Virus record (IMG/VR): IMGVR_UViG_3300023245_000013
DNA length: 64,000 bases
Origin: a virus
Reading direction: 5' to 3' (one strand)
Positions 27,777 through 38,318 of the stretch are shown piece by piece. A program made the position numbers and the translations under genes. The notes beneath the pieces are model-generated. The model saw only the letters and a list, made by a program, of their open reading frames with translations. It did no database searches and was not told the DNA's origin. Each line of letters opens with the position of its first letter. Positions within the stretch are counted from its first letter, which is position 1.

Positions 27777-28190
27777 ATGATGTCAAATAGTAGCATAACA
27801 CCTTTTAAAGAGAGAGAACTCAATTACTCTCAGTCAGTCGACGTATATCGATGTTTAAATAGAAAAGGCACAGTTTTTAGCATTAAACAGAAAAGCCTGG
27901 TTGTGGCCCATGCGACTGAGCTAGAGATGAAAAACGTTAACTTTATTGTAAATCCAGCAGGAAAGAAAAAAGCTATAACGTCTAAAATTAAAAATGTGCA
28001 CGCCTTTATACGAGGAAAGATTGGGCGCCACGTTCAGGAAGAGGTTTTAATCTTATACCCTCTAGTTTACGACTCTTTTTCAGAAAAAGGTTTTATCATT
28101 GAAGGTGAAGAGGTTGGCTCAAGTCCAATGGTGACAATACGAACACATGGAATATACGCGATGAAGCCTTTGCAAAGCTTCCTTGCATAG
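27777..28190 (+). CDS. conserved phage hypothetical protein
   Basis: VDVYRCLN...FSI...VVAHA...KNVHAFIRG. Confidence 0.6.
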   Translation: MMSNSSITPFKERELNYSQSVDVYRCLNRKGTVFSIKQKSLVVAHATELEMKNVNFIVNPAGKKKAITSKIKNVHAFIRGKIGRHVQEEVLILYPLVYDSFSEKGFIIEGEEVGSSPMVTIRTHGIYAMKPLQSFLA

Positions 28191-28202
28191 AGAATACACC
28201 TG

Positions 28203-28559
28203 CTATTTGTACTCCTTTGCTTCGACAATTAAATCCCCAACAAGCTTTTCAGCCCTTATCTTGTTTCCGTGTTTATCGAAGTATATAACATAGGAAGACT
28301 TCTCAAGTGTTGAATATGTAATCCAAACTCCTACTCGAACTCCGTGCGAGAATTCTCCAACTCCAAGTATTTCTCCGCTTTTTCGGAACTCAACAAACTT
28401 TCCGTGAGCTCTTTCTTGACAATCAGCTGTTCCTTTAAATTTGACTTCACCACTTTCATAATAACTGAAACAGCTAAAAAGTGAGTCACATTCCAACTCC
28501 CCTTGAGCTGTAGTGGTGAGAGTACATAGTATAATAAGTAAAATTAATATCTTTTTCAT
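28203..28559 (-). CDS. secreted MORN-variant repeat protein
   Basis: Signal peptide; YYESGEVK, HGKFVEFRKSG, HGVRVGVWITY. Confidence 0.6.
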   Translation of the reverse strand: MKKILILLIILCTLTTTAQGELECDSLFSCFSYYESGEVKFKGTADCQERAHGKFVEFRKSGEILGVGEFSHGVRVGVWITYSTLEKSSYVIYFDKHGNKIRAEKLVGDLIVEAKEYK

Positions 28560-28742
28560 AATGTATGTTTTGTGCGATTACTCCAATAAATAGTTCATAA
28601 CATTAACTTAACATTGGAAACACAAATTTAACATAATAAAAAACAAACGCAAAGTAAAATGCTTTTTTCTGTATCTTTGGTAGCTAAACATGGGAATCAC
28701 GAAAAGCATAGACTTTAAAATTTAACGCTTAATAAGTATTTT

Positions 28743-29180
28743 TTGCAAAACACAAAAAGCATGACTTGGACAGATATAATTAACAAAGCCATTGATGAAG
28801 CTGAGAAAGGTGGACACAAAATAGACAGAACAAAAATACACTGGGGTCAGATGACTACTAACGGAGGCTATAACAGCTTAATCTTTAAGCATGAGTTCGC
28901 CGAAGCTATTTTTGGTAACGGAGAACATTATGATAGATTATTGGAAGTGGAAACACAGAACGCAGAAACAGCAGGAACAGAAATTGATTTTGATTTCCTG
29001 CCACTTCCAACTTGGAAAAAAATGCTTCAGCAGCTGGTAATTCAAGAAGAGCCTTTAGAGTGGTTGTCTAAAGCAATTGACAACAAGGCTAACCTGGAGA
29101 ACATAGGAAAAGGAGTCGTTGAGGGAACAAGAGATACCTCCGCAATCCGAGAGATGCTCAAAAAGCAATTCAACCAATAA
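28743..29180 (+). CDS. hypothetical protein
   Basis: Behind TATCTTTG at 28673. Confidence 0.6.
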   Translation: MQNTKSMTWTDIINKAIDEAEKGGHKIDRTKIHWGQMTTNGGYNSLIFKHEFAEAIFGNGEHYDRLLEVETQNAETAGTEIDFDFLPLPTWKKMLQQLVIQEEPLEWLSKAIDNKANLENIGKGVVEGTRDTSAIREMLKKQFNQ

Positions 29181-29215
29181 GAAACTTTTTCTTAATTTCT
29201 TCGTATATTCAAAAA

Positions 29216-29650
29216 ATGGGAACAAACTACTACGCAATCAGAATCGTGAGCAATGATGAAAAAGAGGTGCTCAAATCTCTTGTGGACCAAGAACGCTTAA
29301 AAGAGCTAAAAAAAGCTTTTTTTGATACGATAATCCACATTGGAAAGTCTTCTCATGGTTGGGAGTTTTGTTTCAACCACAATAATTGGATGCACTATGA
29401 TTCATTAGAGTCTCTGACAAAGTTTCTGTTGAATCATCAAATTTTAGACGAGTACGATACACCCATTACTGCAGATGATTTTTGGAAGCAGGTTAAAGCG
29501 AAACGAGGAGGCCTTACTGGTGATAAATATGCAGACCAGTGGGAAGAAATGCATCCAGAAATCTCAAAACCTTATTATATGGTGGATGGCACAAAGACTG
29601 ATAACAAGTGGTTTGGGTTGAGGTTTTCAACCTCAACAGAGTTTTCTTGA
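29216..29650 (+). CDS. conserved phage hypothetical protein
   Basis: MGTNYY...IHIGKSSHGWEF...ILDEYD...RFSTSTEFS. Confidence 0.65.
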   Translation: MGTNYYAIRIVSNDEKEVLKSLVDQERLKELKKAFFDTIIHIGKSSHGWEFCFNHNNWMHYDSLESLTKFLLNHQILDEYDTPITADDFWKQVKAKRGGLTGDKYADQWEEMHPEISKPYYMVDGTKTDNKWFGLRFSTSTEFS

Positions 29651-29704
29651 AACCCACATAAGGCTTATATCTAAAAAAAAAGAGAATCACTATACTTTTT
29701 TTAA

Positions 29705-30139
29705 ATGAACAAATTAATTAAATTATTTATGGCAATTTTTAGAATTGATTCAAATAAGTACGAAGGTAAAGTTGTTAATATTAGTGGAGACGGAGAAATT
29801 TACATCGATGGAGAACAAGTTCATGTTGGAGATAGCAAGCGGGTCGTGAATATTACTGTTGAAGGCGATGTAGAGCTGGTCCAAGGAGCCTTTGGAAATT
29901 TAAACGTCACAGGTAACTCAGGGCGAATAACCTCAGCAAGCGGAGACATTGAAGTAGGAGGAGATATTCGCGGAGACGTTCAAAGCGCTTCTGGTGATAT
30001 CGAAGTCGGAGGAAACATTGAAGGCAGCGTTAAAACAGCTTCTGGAGATGTTGATGTAAAAGGAGACATTGCTGGTTTGGTATCAACTAAAAGTGGAGAC
30101 ATTGATGCTAAGACAATTAGCGGAGGCATCAGTATGTAG
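29705..30139 (+). CDS. beta-helix repeat protein (DUF4097-like)
   Basis: Repeated TSASGDIEVGG units. Confidence 0.65.
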   Translation: MNKLIKLFMAIFRIDSNKYEGKVVNISGDGEIYIDGEQVHVGDSKRVVNITVEGDVELVQGAFGNLNVTGNSGRITSASGDIEVGGDIRGDVQSASGDIEVGGNIEGSVKTASGDVDVKGDIAGLVSTKSGDIDAKTISGGISM

Positions 30140-30235
30140 CTTTAACAGAAAGCATTAAATAGCCAGTAATACGGCAAAAAACAGCTGGTTTCAATATGGC
30201 TAGTTTTTGATTTTAGACCTGTATTTATTAATACA

Positions 30236-30493
30236 ATGAAAGGTCGAACAAACATAACCAGCGTAGATATTAAAATGTACAACTTACTTTTTGAAGCAGT
30301 AAGTGCACATCCAGGAACACTTGGAAAACTGATTCCCACTTTTCTAATAAATGAATCCATTTTCTTTTTTGAGAACGGTGAAGAGTATGAAAAGTGTGGC
30401 GCCCTCAAGAAGTTTTTTGACAAGCACCCAAGAAAACGCTTAATTATATCTAGAAAAGATTATCTAGATTTTGGATGGCAACTCATAGAATGA
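30236..30493 (+). CDS. hypothetical protein
   Basis: 85-aa ORF with EEYEKC motif. Confidence 0.55.
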   Translation: MKGRTNITSVDIKMYNLLFEAVSAHPGTLGKLIPTFLINESIFFFENGEEYEKCGALKKFFDKHPRKRLIISRKDYLDFGWQLIE

Positions 30494-30497
30494 ACAC

Positions 30498-31103
30498 ATG
30501 GAGATAGAGAATACAAAGTTTGAAGGAGTATACATTATAACACCTAAAGTTTTTAAAGATATACGAGGCTCATTTTTTGAATCATTCAATCACGAGAAGT
30601 TTGCATTAGCTACTGGAGCAGCCCCAGTGTTTATCCAAGATAACATATCTCACTCCACCAGAGGCACTCTAAGAGGGCTTCATTACCAGCTCCCACCACA
30701 TGCCCAAGCAAAGCTTGTTAGTGTAATACAGGGTAGCGTCACGGATTTTATCGTAGACTTGCGCCCATACTCAAAAACATTTACTCAGCACGCAGAGTTC
30801 GAATTGTCTGGAGACAATAAGAAACAGCTGTACATCCCCAAAGGATTTGCGCATGGTTTCTTTTGTTCATTAGATTGCATTATGCATTATAAAGTAGCAG
30901 GGAAGTACAACCCAAAAGTGGAGCGCACTTTAAGGTGGGATGAGCCCCAGTTTGGATTCAAGAATGCGGTCGAGTGCTGCGTAAACCCAGATGGTGTGAT
31001 TCAATCTTCGAAGGACCAAGTGGGAATAACCATGAAGGAATGTTTGGCGGAGATTAAAGAGATAGGTCGGGACCCAAAACAATTATCCATAGTAGAGTGG
31101 TAA
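30498..31103 (+). CDS. rfbC: dTDP-4-dehydrorhamnose 3,5-epimerase
   Basis: DIRGSFFESF, QDNISHS, LRGLHYQ, VDLRP, YIPKGFAHGF, SSKD. Confidence 0.92.
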   Translation: MEIENTKFEGVYIITPKVFKDIRGSFFESFNHEKFALATGAAPVFIQDNISHSTRGTLRGLHYQLPPHAQAKLVSVIQGSVTDFIVDLRPYSKTFTQHAEFELSGDNKKQLYIPKGFAHGFFCSLDCIMHYKVAGKYNPKVERTLRWDEPQFGFKNAVECCVNPDGVIQSSKDQVGITMKECLAEIKEIGRDPKQLSIVEW

Positions 31104-31176
31104 ACAACGTTAGTTGAAACTTTTTTATTAATTCATCGTATATTAAACCAAGGCTAATGAAAAAGTCTTTTTATTT

Positions 31177-33504
31177 ATGGATGAGTTATTAGCAAAAAGT
31201 ACTGGCGAAACCCTGATTGAGCACAGTCGAAAGGTTGCTGAGGTTGCGGAATATATTGCCGACTCAGTTATAGTTACCTCAGATACAGAAAAAAAACATT
31301 TTATATCAGTTATCCGCAAAGCGGCGCTTCTTCATGATATTGGAAAAGCCGAAACCGAGTTTCAAACTTTACTCCGAAACTCTTTAAATGGTAAATCCAC
31401 TAAAACAAAGAAAAAAGACATTATTTTTTCGCACAATGAAGTGGGATGGGCATTTGTAAGAATGTACATCAGCTTTGACTCAGAGGAGCTAAGACAAGTT
31501 GCTGAAGCAGTATACTGGCATCACGGCATTAACAATGTAATGGGCAAGCACACAGATGCGTCTATTCTTGAGTGGGTTCGGAAGAAGAAAGATAATTCTA
31601 TCGATAGAATGATTGAATTCGTCGAAGAATTATTTCCTGGCCAAGTCCTTGATAGGCCAAGAATAGCTGAAACATCAAGCCCTCATTACTATATTAGAGA
31701 TTTTAACGAGACGAGCGACCTCAACGTTGACAACACGATTATTCGCATGTGCGTGGTAAGAGCTGACCACTTAGTTAGTGAATTAGGAGATTTTACAGTT
31801 GATGAAATTAAAAAAACTATAAATGAACGACTGATTCAACAACACCGTTACGCTTTTACTAAATGCCCATATCCTGGACATGAAAAAAGATGGACACAAC
31901 AAGTTGCTTTAGCATCTAGGACGACCTCGTTTAAGACTGTTCAAATCAACGCCCCTGCTGGATACGGAAAAACACTTCTAGGTTTACTTTGGAGCACTGT
32001 CAACAATAAACGGCTTATTTGGGTGTGTCCAAGAAATGCTGTGGCACAATCAGTGTACCACAACATCTTAAGAGAGCTTAAAAATGCAGGAATTGAAACT
32101 TCAGTAGAATTATATTACGCTGGAAAACAACAGGCCTCAAATTCAGATTTAGGAATAAAGTTTTCAAGCGATATCATTGTAACCAACGTAGATAACTTTT
32201 TACGTCCGACAAAAGAGCATTGTAACGATATTGATTTATTAATGGTATCCGATGCAGATGTTGTATTTGATGAGTATCATGAGCTAGTGTCGGACGGGGC
32301 TTTACTGGCTGGTTTTATAAATCTAATGAAGGTAAGACATCAGATGACAAACGGACGCTCTTTACTGCTGTCCGCAACCCCACTTGATTTATCAGTTTAT
32401 TGGGATTCATTTGACAACTCAACAGCCCATTTGCCTGGAAAATTTGAACATGCTCCTGCTGTCCACAATAAATCATACAAACTCACTACAAAAGAGGGGC
32501 GTTCTAGAATATCTGAAAGTAAAAAAAGCCCTGTTCTTTTTATCTCTAATTCTATAGTTGAGTGTCAAAGAAATAAGCACAAACACAATGAAGATACTAT
32601 TTTGTTTCATGGAAAATTTGAGGACGACGACAATCAAGCGCGATTAAGCGTTATTCTTCAAAACTATGGAAAGCAATCCGACAGAAATATTGAAAAAGAA
32701 CACGTAATAGCGAGCCCAATAGCACAGGCATCTTTAGATGTTTCTTTTAGGCATTTGATTGAAAGTTGCCTGTCTCCAGAAGCTACTCTTCAAAGAGTAG
32801 GCCGTGTCGACAGGTGGGGAGATTATGATGACCAGTCTGAAATTCTAACATATCGAATCCCTTCAGATAATTCTGGACGAAGTGAGAATAGAGCCCGCGA
32901 AACAATGTACTCACGAGAACTGTCTGACTTATGGTTTAATTTTCTAACACAAAGTCAAGGGGAAACAACTTTAGATAACCTATATTCTTTGTATAATAAA
33001 CATTGTAAAGAAAATGAAGCCTTAAGAAGAATCTGGTTAAACACAAAATATCGACAAAGCCGCATGGATTTACATGAGAAAATTTATCCTAATAGGTTAA
33101 CGATTAAAAGTGAAAACTCGGAAGTCCATAAAATACAAGAAACTAGCTATAGAAGCAAAGGAAATGAAATCTTTTTTACTGCTAAAAAATGGGCAAAAAA
33201 AGAATGGACACAGCCTAAATCAACTCCTATTTATGATTCTATACCCGAAGACTTCCATGAAGACTCCAACGCACTAGCAAAAGTATTTAAGATAATTAAA
33301 CATCTTAACGATGAGCCAGATTGCGCTTTTGATTACACTAGATTTTTAAAAGTTCCAAAGCATAGCACAAATCTTGAATTATTGCGTATAATGGCGAAAT
33401 ACAAATCAATGCCGTATCCGAGGATGGATATGGAATATCATGACATTTACGGATATATTAAAAAAACTTTACTGGAAGAGTTTGACCAGCCAATTTACGA
33501 GTAA
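31177..33504 (+). CDS. cas3: Cas3 HD nuclease-helicase
   Basis: HD domain (EHS, LLHDIGK, HNE, WHHG, ADH), Walker A APAGYGKT, VFDEYH, LSAT, FHGKF, QASLDV, QRVGRVDR; next to a CRISPR array. Confidence 0.92.
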   Translation: MDELLAKSTGETLIEHSRKVAEVAEYIADSVIVTSDTEKKHFISVIRKAALLHDIGKAETEFQTLLRNSLNGKSTKTKKKDIIFSHNEVGWAFVRMYISFDSEELRQVAEAVYWHHGINNVMGKHTDASILEWVRKKKDNSIDRMIEFVEELFPGQVLDRPRIAETSSPHYYIRDFNETSDLNVDNTIIRMCVVRADHLVSELGDFTVDEIKKTINERLIQQHRYAFTKCPYPGHEKRWTQQVALASRTTSFKTVQINAPAGYGKTLLGLLWSTVNNKRLIWVCPRNAVAQSVYHNILRELKNAGIETSVELYYAGKQQASNSDLGIKFSSDIIVTNVDNFLRPTKEHCNDIDLLMVSDADVVFDEYHELVSDGALLAGFINLMKVRHQMTNGRSLLLSATPLDLSVYWDSFDNSTAHLPGKFEHAPAVHNKSYKLTTKEGRSRISESKKSPVLFISNSIVECQRNKHKHNEDTILFHGKFEDDDNQARLSVILQNYGKQSDRNIEKEHVIASPIAQASLDVSFRHLIESCLSPEATLQRVGRVDRWGDYDDQSEILTYRIPSDNSGRSENRARETMYSRELSDLWFNFLTQSQGETTLDNLYSLYNKHCKENEALRRIWLNTKYRQSRMDLHEKIYPNRLTIKSENSEVHKIQETSYRSKGNEIFFTAKKWAKKEWTQPKSTPIYDSIPEDFHEDSNALAKVFKIIKHLNDEPDCAFDYTRFLKVPKHSTNLELLRIMAKYKSMPYPRMDMEYHDIYGYIKKTLLEEFDQPIYE

Positions 33505-33546
33505 ACAATTCATAGAAATTACATATTAACCTTTAAACAGATTACC

Positions 33547-34629
33547 ATGAGCAAAGTAAAGTCAATTCTTTTTAAAATTGAAATTGAAGGCAATGGCGTT
33601 GTTAATTACGATAGCAATGAGCAACGGTTCCATATTGGAGAAAAATTCCCTTTCTTAAAATCATACCATAGCAACGTAATGTATGCAAAGAGAAACATTT
33701 ACAACGATGGAAAAGAGCCTCGTTACAAATTAGTTATTTCGCCTACCTGCATGAAGCATGCGATGTATGATAAAGTGTCTCAAACACCAAAGCTTACACA
33801 CAATAAAGATTTACTTTATGCAAACCTTGCCCATCCAGAAAGCATTCTTAATGGGCACTTGCATGCCATTAAAAACGATACGTTAAAAAGAAAAGGAGCC
33901 ATTACACTAGTAGCTGCCGAACAAACGTGCGATGCTCTTTCGCGTCTCGAATTCCATTCAAAGTCTGGTGAGAAAATCAGCTATGAAGCAGACGAAGAAA
34001 AAAGTGATAATTCTATCTACAAAAAAGAAACAATTGGGAAGATTAAGTATTCATCTCAAGGTGCTATAAACCTGAAAGAGCTTCAGTTTTACTCTTGTGA
34101 CGAAATCATGGGACGTTATGGTTTTAATCCCGACCATTTTGATTTATTCAAAAAGTACGCCGACATTCACTTTGGCTCATTTGATAATGAGCTTGGATTT
34201 TTCCAAATGAGAGGAAGTTCTGTAAACATTGCTGAGCGTGGATTCAAATTCACAGATGACCAGGTTCGTTTATTAGTTTCTGTATTTTTAGAAAAGCTTC
34301 TTACGTTGGACATCAGTCGAAGCAGTGCTTATGCACGCAAAGAGAAGCTGATGGTGAAACTGGTTTCCAATCCTTTGATTGACAGGTTTAACAGCGAAGA
34401 GGGTTGGGTCGAAATCAATTCAATAGAAAATATTCAAGCTCTGCAGTATGAAGTGTTTGAAGCATATACGGAAGATGTTACTGGAGATGCAAAAAAACTT
34501 CATGAAGAATTAAAGAAGTACGCGGAAGAAGAACGAGCAACTTTAAAAAAGAATAGCGTGGAAAAGAAAGCCAAAGCCGCAAAGCAAAAAGCAGAGAAAG
34601 TAAAGAAAACCGAAACCACCCCAGCATGA
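33547..34629 (+). CDS. cas7: Cas7 backbone subunit, Cas7fv (type I-F2)-like
   Basis: KSILFKIEIEGNGVVN, VISPTCMKH, KRKG, SIYKKETIG..Y...GAINLKELQFYSCD, ERGFKFTDDQV align with recalled Shewanella Cas7fv blocks. Confidence 0.75.
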   Translation: MSKVKSILFKIEIEGNGVVNYDSNEQRFHIGEKFPFLKSYHSNVMYAKRNIYNDGKEPRYKLVISPTCMKHAMYDKVSQTPKLTHNKDLLYANLAHPESILNGHLHAIKNDTLKRKGAITLVAAEQTCDALSRLEFHSKSGEKISYEADEEKSDNSIYKKETIGKIKYSSQGAINLKELQFYSCDEIMGRYGFNPDHFDLFKKYADIHFGSFDNELGFFQMRGSSVNIAERGFKFTDDQVRLLVSVFLEKLLTLDISRSSAYARKEKLMVKLVSNPLIDRFNSEEGWVEINSIENIQALQYEVFEAYTEDVTGDAKKLHEELKKYAEEERATLKKNSVEKKAKAAKQKAEKVKKTETTPA

Positions 34630-35507
34630 AAGAATTTATGGTTTTGAAGTTTAAAGATGCAGTTTTGTTTCGTAACCATAAAGACACGAAAGATAAATTG
34701 TTTCTTGGAAATAAAGACGCAGGTGAGATTCGAAAGGGGCTCCCTCAATTTGAGTCCTACTTAACACATCATCAGATTTCAAATGTCTTGCACGTGCTTT
34801 TTAATGAAAGACCAGTCCCTTTTTTTGGGGCCTGTGTCTATCAGAAGCAGGATAGATTGATTGAGAAGGCAAAAAACAGCTTCCTAAAGATTGAAGTGCC
34901 CACTTGGGTTACTAAAAAAGGGGATGTTCGAGAAATTAAAGAGATATGCCGCACAAGGAAAGCTTTTTGGAACTCAAACGCCAAAATAACAAACCTCACT
35001 TGGGATTTGATTGAAGCCTACCTAAAAGAGCATTATGGTGATTTCATCACAATGCTCATAGAGGCAACGGGCCACTCAAATATTAGAAAAGTTCCAGTAG
35101 AAGATGTGCCTGATATTTTTAAGCAATCTTTAAACTCAGCCTCTAAACAAGCTTTGCTCTCTCATTTTAGAGAACGTAAAGTTGGAAAAACGGGTGTCGT
35201 TAACTGGCTGAGAAATAAGACTCCTACTGATAAAAACGACCCTATGGAGATGGCTAAGGACTCTATCGCAAAAGGACTTATGCTGGTTGTTCCCAATGGC
35301 ATAGATAAAACGATTCGCTTGAGCGGAACCCTTATTGTGCCGCTTGATGAAGAAGACAAAGAAGTCCTTGAAAACTCAGCTGGTGTGGCAACTATATTGG
35401 ATGGAGGCTTGGTTTGGATTGAAAGAGTGGTATCGGGAAACAGGCTAAGCATTGAGGGTTATGATAGAGTAGGAGATATATCCACTAAACTTACAATAGA
35501 GTCATGA
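34626..35507 (+). CDS. cas5: Cas5-like subunit, Cas5fv-like
   Basis: Lies between cas7 and cas6; THHQISNVLHVL and RLSGTLIV...ENSAGV..LDGGLVWI resemble recalled Cas5fv. Confidence 0.6.
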   Translation: MKEFMVLKFKDAVLFRNHKDTKDKLFLGNKDAGEIRKGLPQFESYLTHHQISNVLHVLFNERPVPFFGACVYQKQDRLIEKAKNSFLKIEVPTWVTKKGDVREIKEICRTRKAFWNSNAKITNLTWDLIEAYLKEHYGDFITMLIEATGHSNIRKVPVEDVPDIFKQSLNSASKQALLSHFRERKVGKTGVVNWLRNKTPTDKNDPMEMAKDSIAKGLMLVVPNGIDKTIRLSGTLIVPLDEEDKEVLENSAGVATILDGGLVWIERVVSGNRLSIEGYDRVGDISTKLTIES

Positions 35508-36220
35508 GAATACAGTTAAAATTTAGCTCCGCAAAGGAGTTGGTTCCAAATAACCTTAAGCACGTTGTGAGTTACATTCATAAATGCTTAGGAAAAGATA
35601 ATCTCTATCACAATCAACCTTCTAACTATGTTATCTCTAGGATGATTGGAGGAACGATTACAGAAGGCGGAACATCCATTGAGTACGCTCATGGAGGCAG
35701 TTTGTTTATATCCTCTGGAGACGAGAGCTTTTTAAATAAACTTCTCGCAGGAGCAGGAGCAAATAAAGATTTTGGATTTGGAATGAAACTGACGGGCATT
35801 GAGTTCATCCAAGAAGACTTGTATGATGGTTTTACTGTTTTTAAAACCACTGAAACTGGCATTTTGCTAAAGAAAAAAAATGGAGGCCGTTATGAATTTC
35901 ACACCCTAAATGATGATGGGTTTGAAGAGGAGTTGTCTGAACAAACAAAAAGACGTTTGTCAAACATTGACAACACTTTAAAATTTGACGGCTTTAGAAT
36001 TGAAGTTCAGAAATCAAACCACAATAAGGTTAGAGATATTTTGATGAGTTCTTCTGGAGCCCCAAGTAAAACCAGTGTGAACAAAGCAAATGTATGCAGC
36101 GTTGTTGTACATTGCAACAAAAAGATTGCTCAAGCTATTCACGACTATGGTTTGGGACAATCTACAGGAATAGGGTTTGGAATGGTTATGGAGATTACAA
36201 ACTCAAAACTCTACATCTGA
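35504..36220 (+). CDS. cas6: Cas6 endoribonuclease
   Basis: G-rich C-terminal loop YGLGQSTGIGFG; YIHKCLG..N.YH resembles Bacteroidota Cas6. Confidence 0.85.
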   Translation: MRIQLKFSSAKELVPNNLKHVVSYIHKCLGKDNLYHNQPSNYVISRMIGGTITEGGTSIEYAHGGSLFISSGDESFLNKLLAGAGANKDFGFGMKLTGIEFIQEDLYDGFTVFKTTETGILLKKKNGGRYEFHTLNDDGFEEELSEQTKRRLSNIDNTLKFDGFRIEVQKSNHNKVRDILMSSSGAPSKTSVNKANVCSVVVHCNKKIAQAIHDYGLGQSTGIGFGMVMEITNSKLYI

Positions 36221-36306
36221 CTCCTTGTGCAAGCGCTCTTTGACGTCTTTTTTCCATCCAGTACATGTGGTTGTTGCTTGTTTATTAGCGCATTAGCCAC
36301 AGGTAC

Positions 36307-38318
36307 CCTGTTTATCATCTCATTCTGCAAGGGAATCACAACTCTTAGAATCAAGTTCGCCAACTTCAAACACCTGTTTATCATCTCATTCTGCAAGGGA
36401 ATCACAACGTGAACCTTTGATAATTAAAGCTTTGTGCACCTGTTTATCATCTCATTCTGCAAGGGAATCACAACATGCGCGGGTTATTTGGGTTGAGTGG
36501 TCCACCTGTTTATCATCTCATTCTGCAAGGGAATCACAACTTGGTTTGTTTTTTGCATTGTTTAAATAAACCTGTTTATCATCTCATTCTGCAAGGGAAT
36601 CACAACCTTTAGTCACAGCACCCAACATGAAATTGACCTGTTTATCATCTCATTCTGCAAGGGAATCACAACTTTAATGCGTTTATCATGAATTGGACTG
36701 CACCTGTTTATCATCTCATTCTGCAAGGGAATCACAACTGTATGTCTTTTTGGGTCAAGTTGAAGTAGCCTGTTTATCATCTCATTCTGCAAGGGAATCA
36801 CAACAGCGCAATGATATTTTGAATGCATACCGTCCCTGTTTATCATCTCATTCTGCAAGGGAATCACAACGATTGGTCTTGAAGACTAAGATTTAATCTA
36901 CCTGTTTATCATCTCATTCTGCAAGGGAATCACAACAAAAGGAACGTACTAAAGGAATTCGATTCCCCTGTTTATCATCTCATTCTGCAAGGGAATCACA
37001 ACTCGATTAGCGGAATTAGTTCCAAAAGCTTCCCTGTTTATCATCTCATTCTGCAAGGGAATCACAACAGACAAAAACCACCTCGAAACGAAGGTGAACC
37101 TGTTTATCATCTCATTCTGCAAGGGAATCACAACTACTCTCTTGCTTCCATTCGATGTTGCTTTGCCTGTTTATCATCTCATTCTGCAAGGGAATCACAA
37201 CTAATAGCTACACGCCCTTCTTATCCTTTGTCCTGTTTATCATCTCATTCTGCAAGGGAATCACAACTATATCTGCTTGCAAGCTCCCGACCTTTGCCTT
37301 GTTTATCATCTCATTCTGCAAGGGAATCACAACTCTTCCTCAAATCGGTATTCATTATAGTCTCCTGTTTATCATCTCATTCTGCAAGGGAATCACAACT
37401 GAACAGCAAAATTATTCAAGGCGATTGCCCCTGTTTATCATCTCATTCTGCAAGGGAATCACAACATAAAGGCTTTCTGATGTATCAATTCCCTCCTGTT
37501 TATCATCTCATTCTGCAAGGGAATCACAACATGGCAAGCAAATATGTTTCTGTTTTGGTACCTGTTTATCATCTCATTCTGCAAGGGAATCACAACACCA
37601 TCTTGGTAATTCTTTATTTGGCTGTGCCTGTTTATCATCTCATTCTGCAAGGGAATCACAACTGTTGGGTGCTGTGGCTAATCGTAATCCGCCTGTTTAT
37701 CATCTCATTCTGCAAGGGAATCACAACTACCTGCCATCTGTTTGAAATATTTTATCTCCTGTTTAAAACGGAATTTCTGCTGATTATTTTTTAGTTTAAG
37801 AAGGATGTCTTCGATTTGCTTTATATCTCTGAAATTCTTTGACTTTTGACAGCAGATTTTGGTGATTTCAGCAAGTGCAAGCCCTTTCAATGTGTTCTCT
37901 GTGTTTACAGCTGTTAAAAGATAATTTAGACGGTCGATTTCATTTTCCATTGTTGTTGTTTAATCTGAAATAGGCTGAAATTTATTCGAGATAAATTTTG
38001 TTTAGAGAATAATGCTCACCTGTTTATCATCTCATTCTGCAAGGGAATCACAACGGGATGCACGGGGCGCATTCAACTTTTAAACCTGTTTATCATCTCA
38101 TTCTGCAAGGGAATCACAACTTCGCCTAAGGTGGTTATTCCATCGTTAGACCTGTTTATCATCTCATTCTGCAAGGGAATCACAACAGCTTGTAGGTATT
38201 TGAAGTTGCTCCCTCCCCTGTTTATCATCTCATCCTGTAAGGGAATCACAACATTTTGCACTTCTTGGTTTGACATCATACCCCTGTTTATCACCTCATC
38301 CTGTAAAGGAATAATTTA
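36307..38318. CRISPR. CRISPR array: 27 repeats of 36 nt (CCTGTTTATCATCTCATTCTGCAAGGGAATCACAAC) plus one partial; spacers 29-31 nt
   Basis: 22 repeats 36307-37727, partial repeat 37758-37765, insertion, then 5 repeats 38019-38318 of which the last two are degenerate; transcription direction unresolved. Confidence 0.97.
37705..37950 (-). CDS. small ORF inserted in the CRISPR array
   Basis: ATG preceded by A-rich ATTAAACAACAACA; 81 aa, runs through a spacer into a repeat. Confidence 0.5.
   Translation of the reverse strand: MENEIDRLNYLLTAVNTENTLKGLALAEITKICCQKSKNFRDIKQIEDILLKLKNNQQKFRFKQEIKYFKQMAGSCDSLAE

Noticed and set aside
36343-38282. Apparent antisense (pyrimidine-rich) bias of spacers suggesting RNA targeting
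   Set aside because: Several spacers read as sense on the + strand and two hit opposite strands of similar sequence; cannot be established without protospacer mapping.
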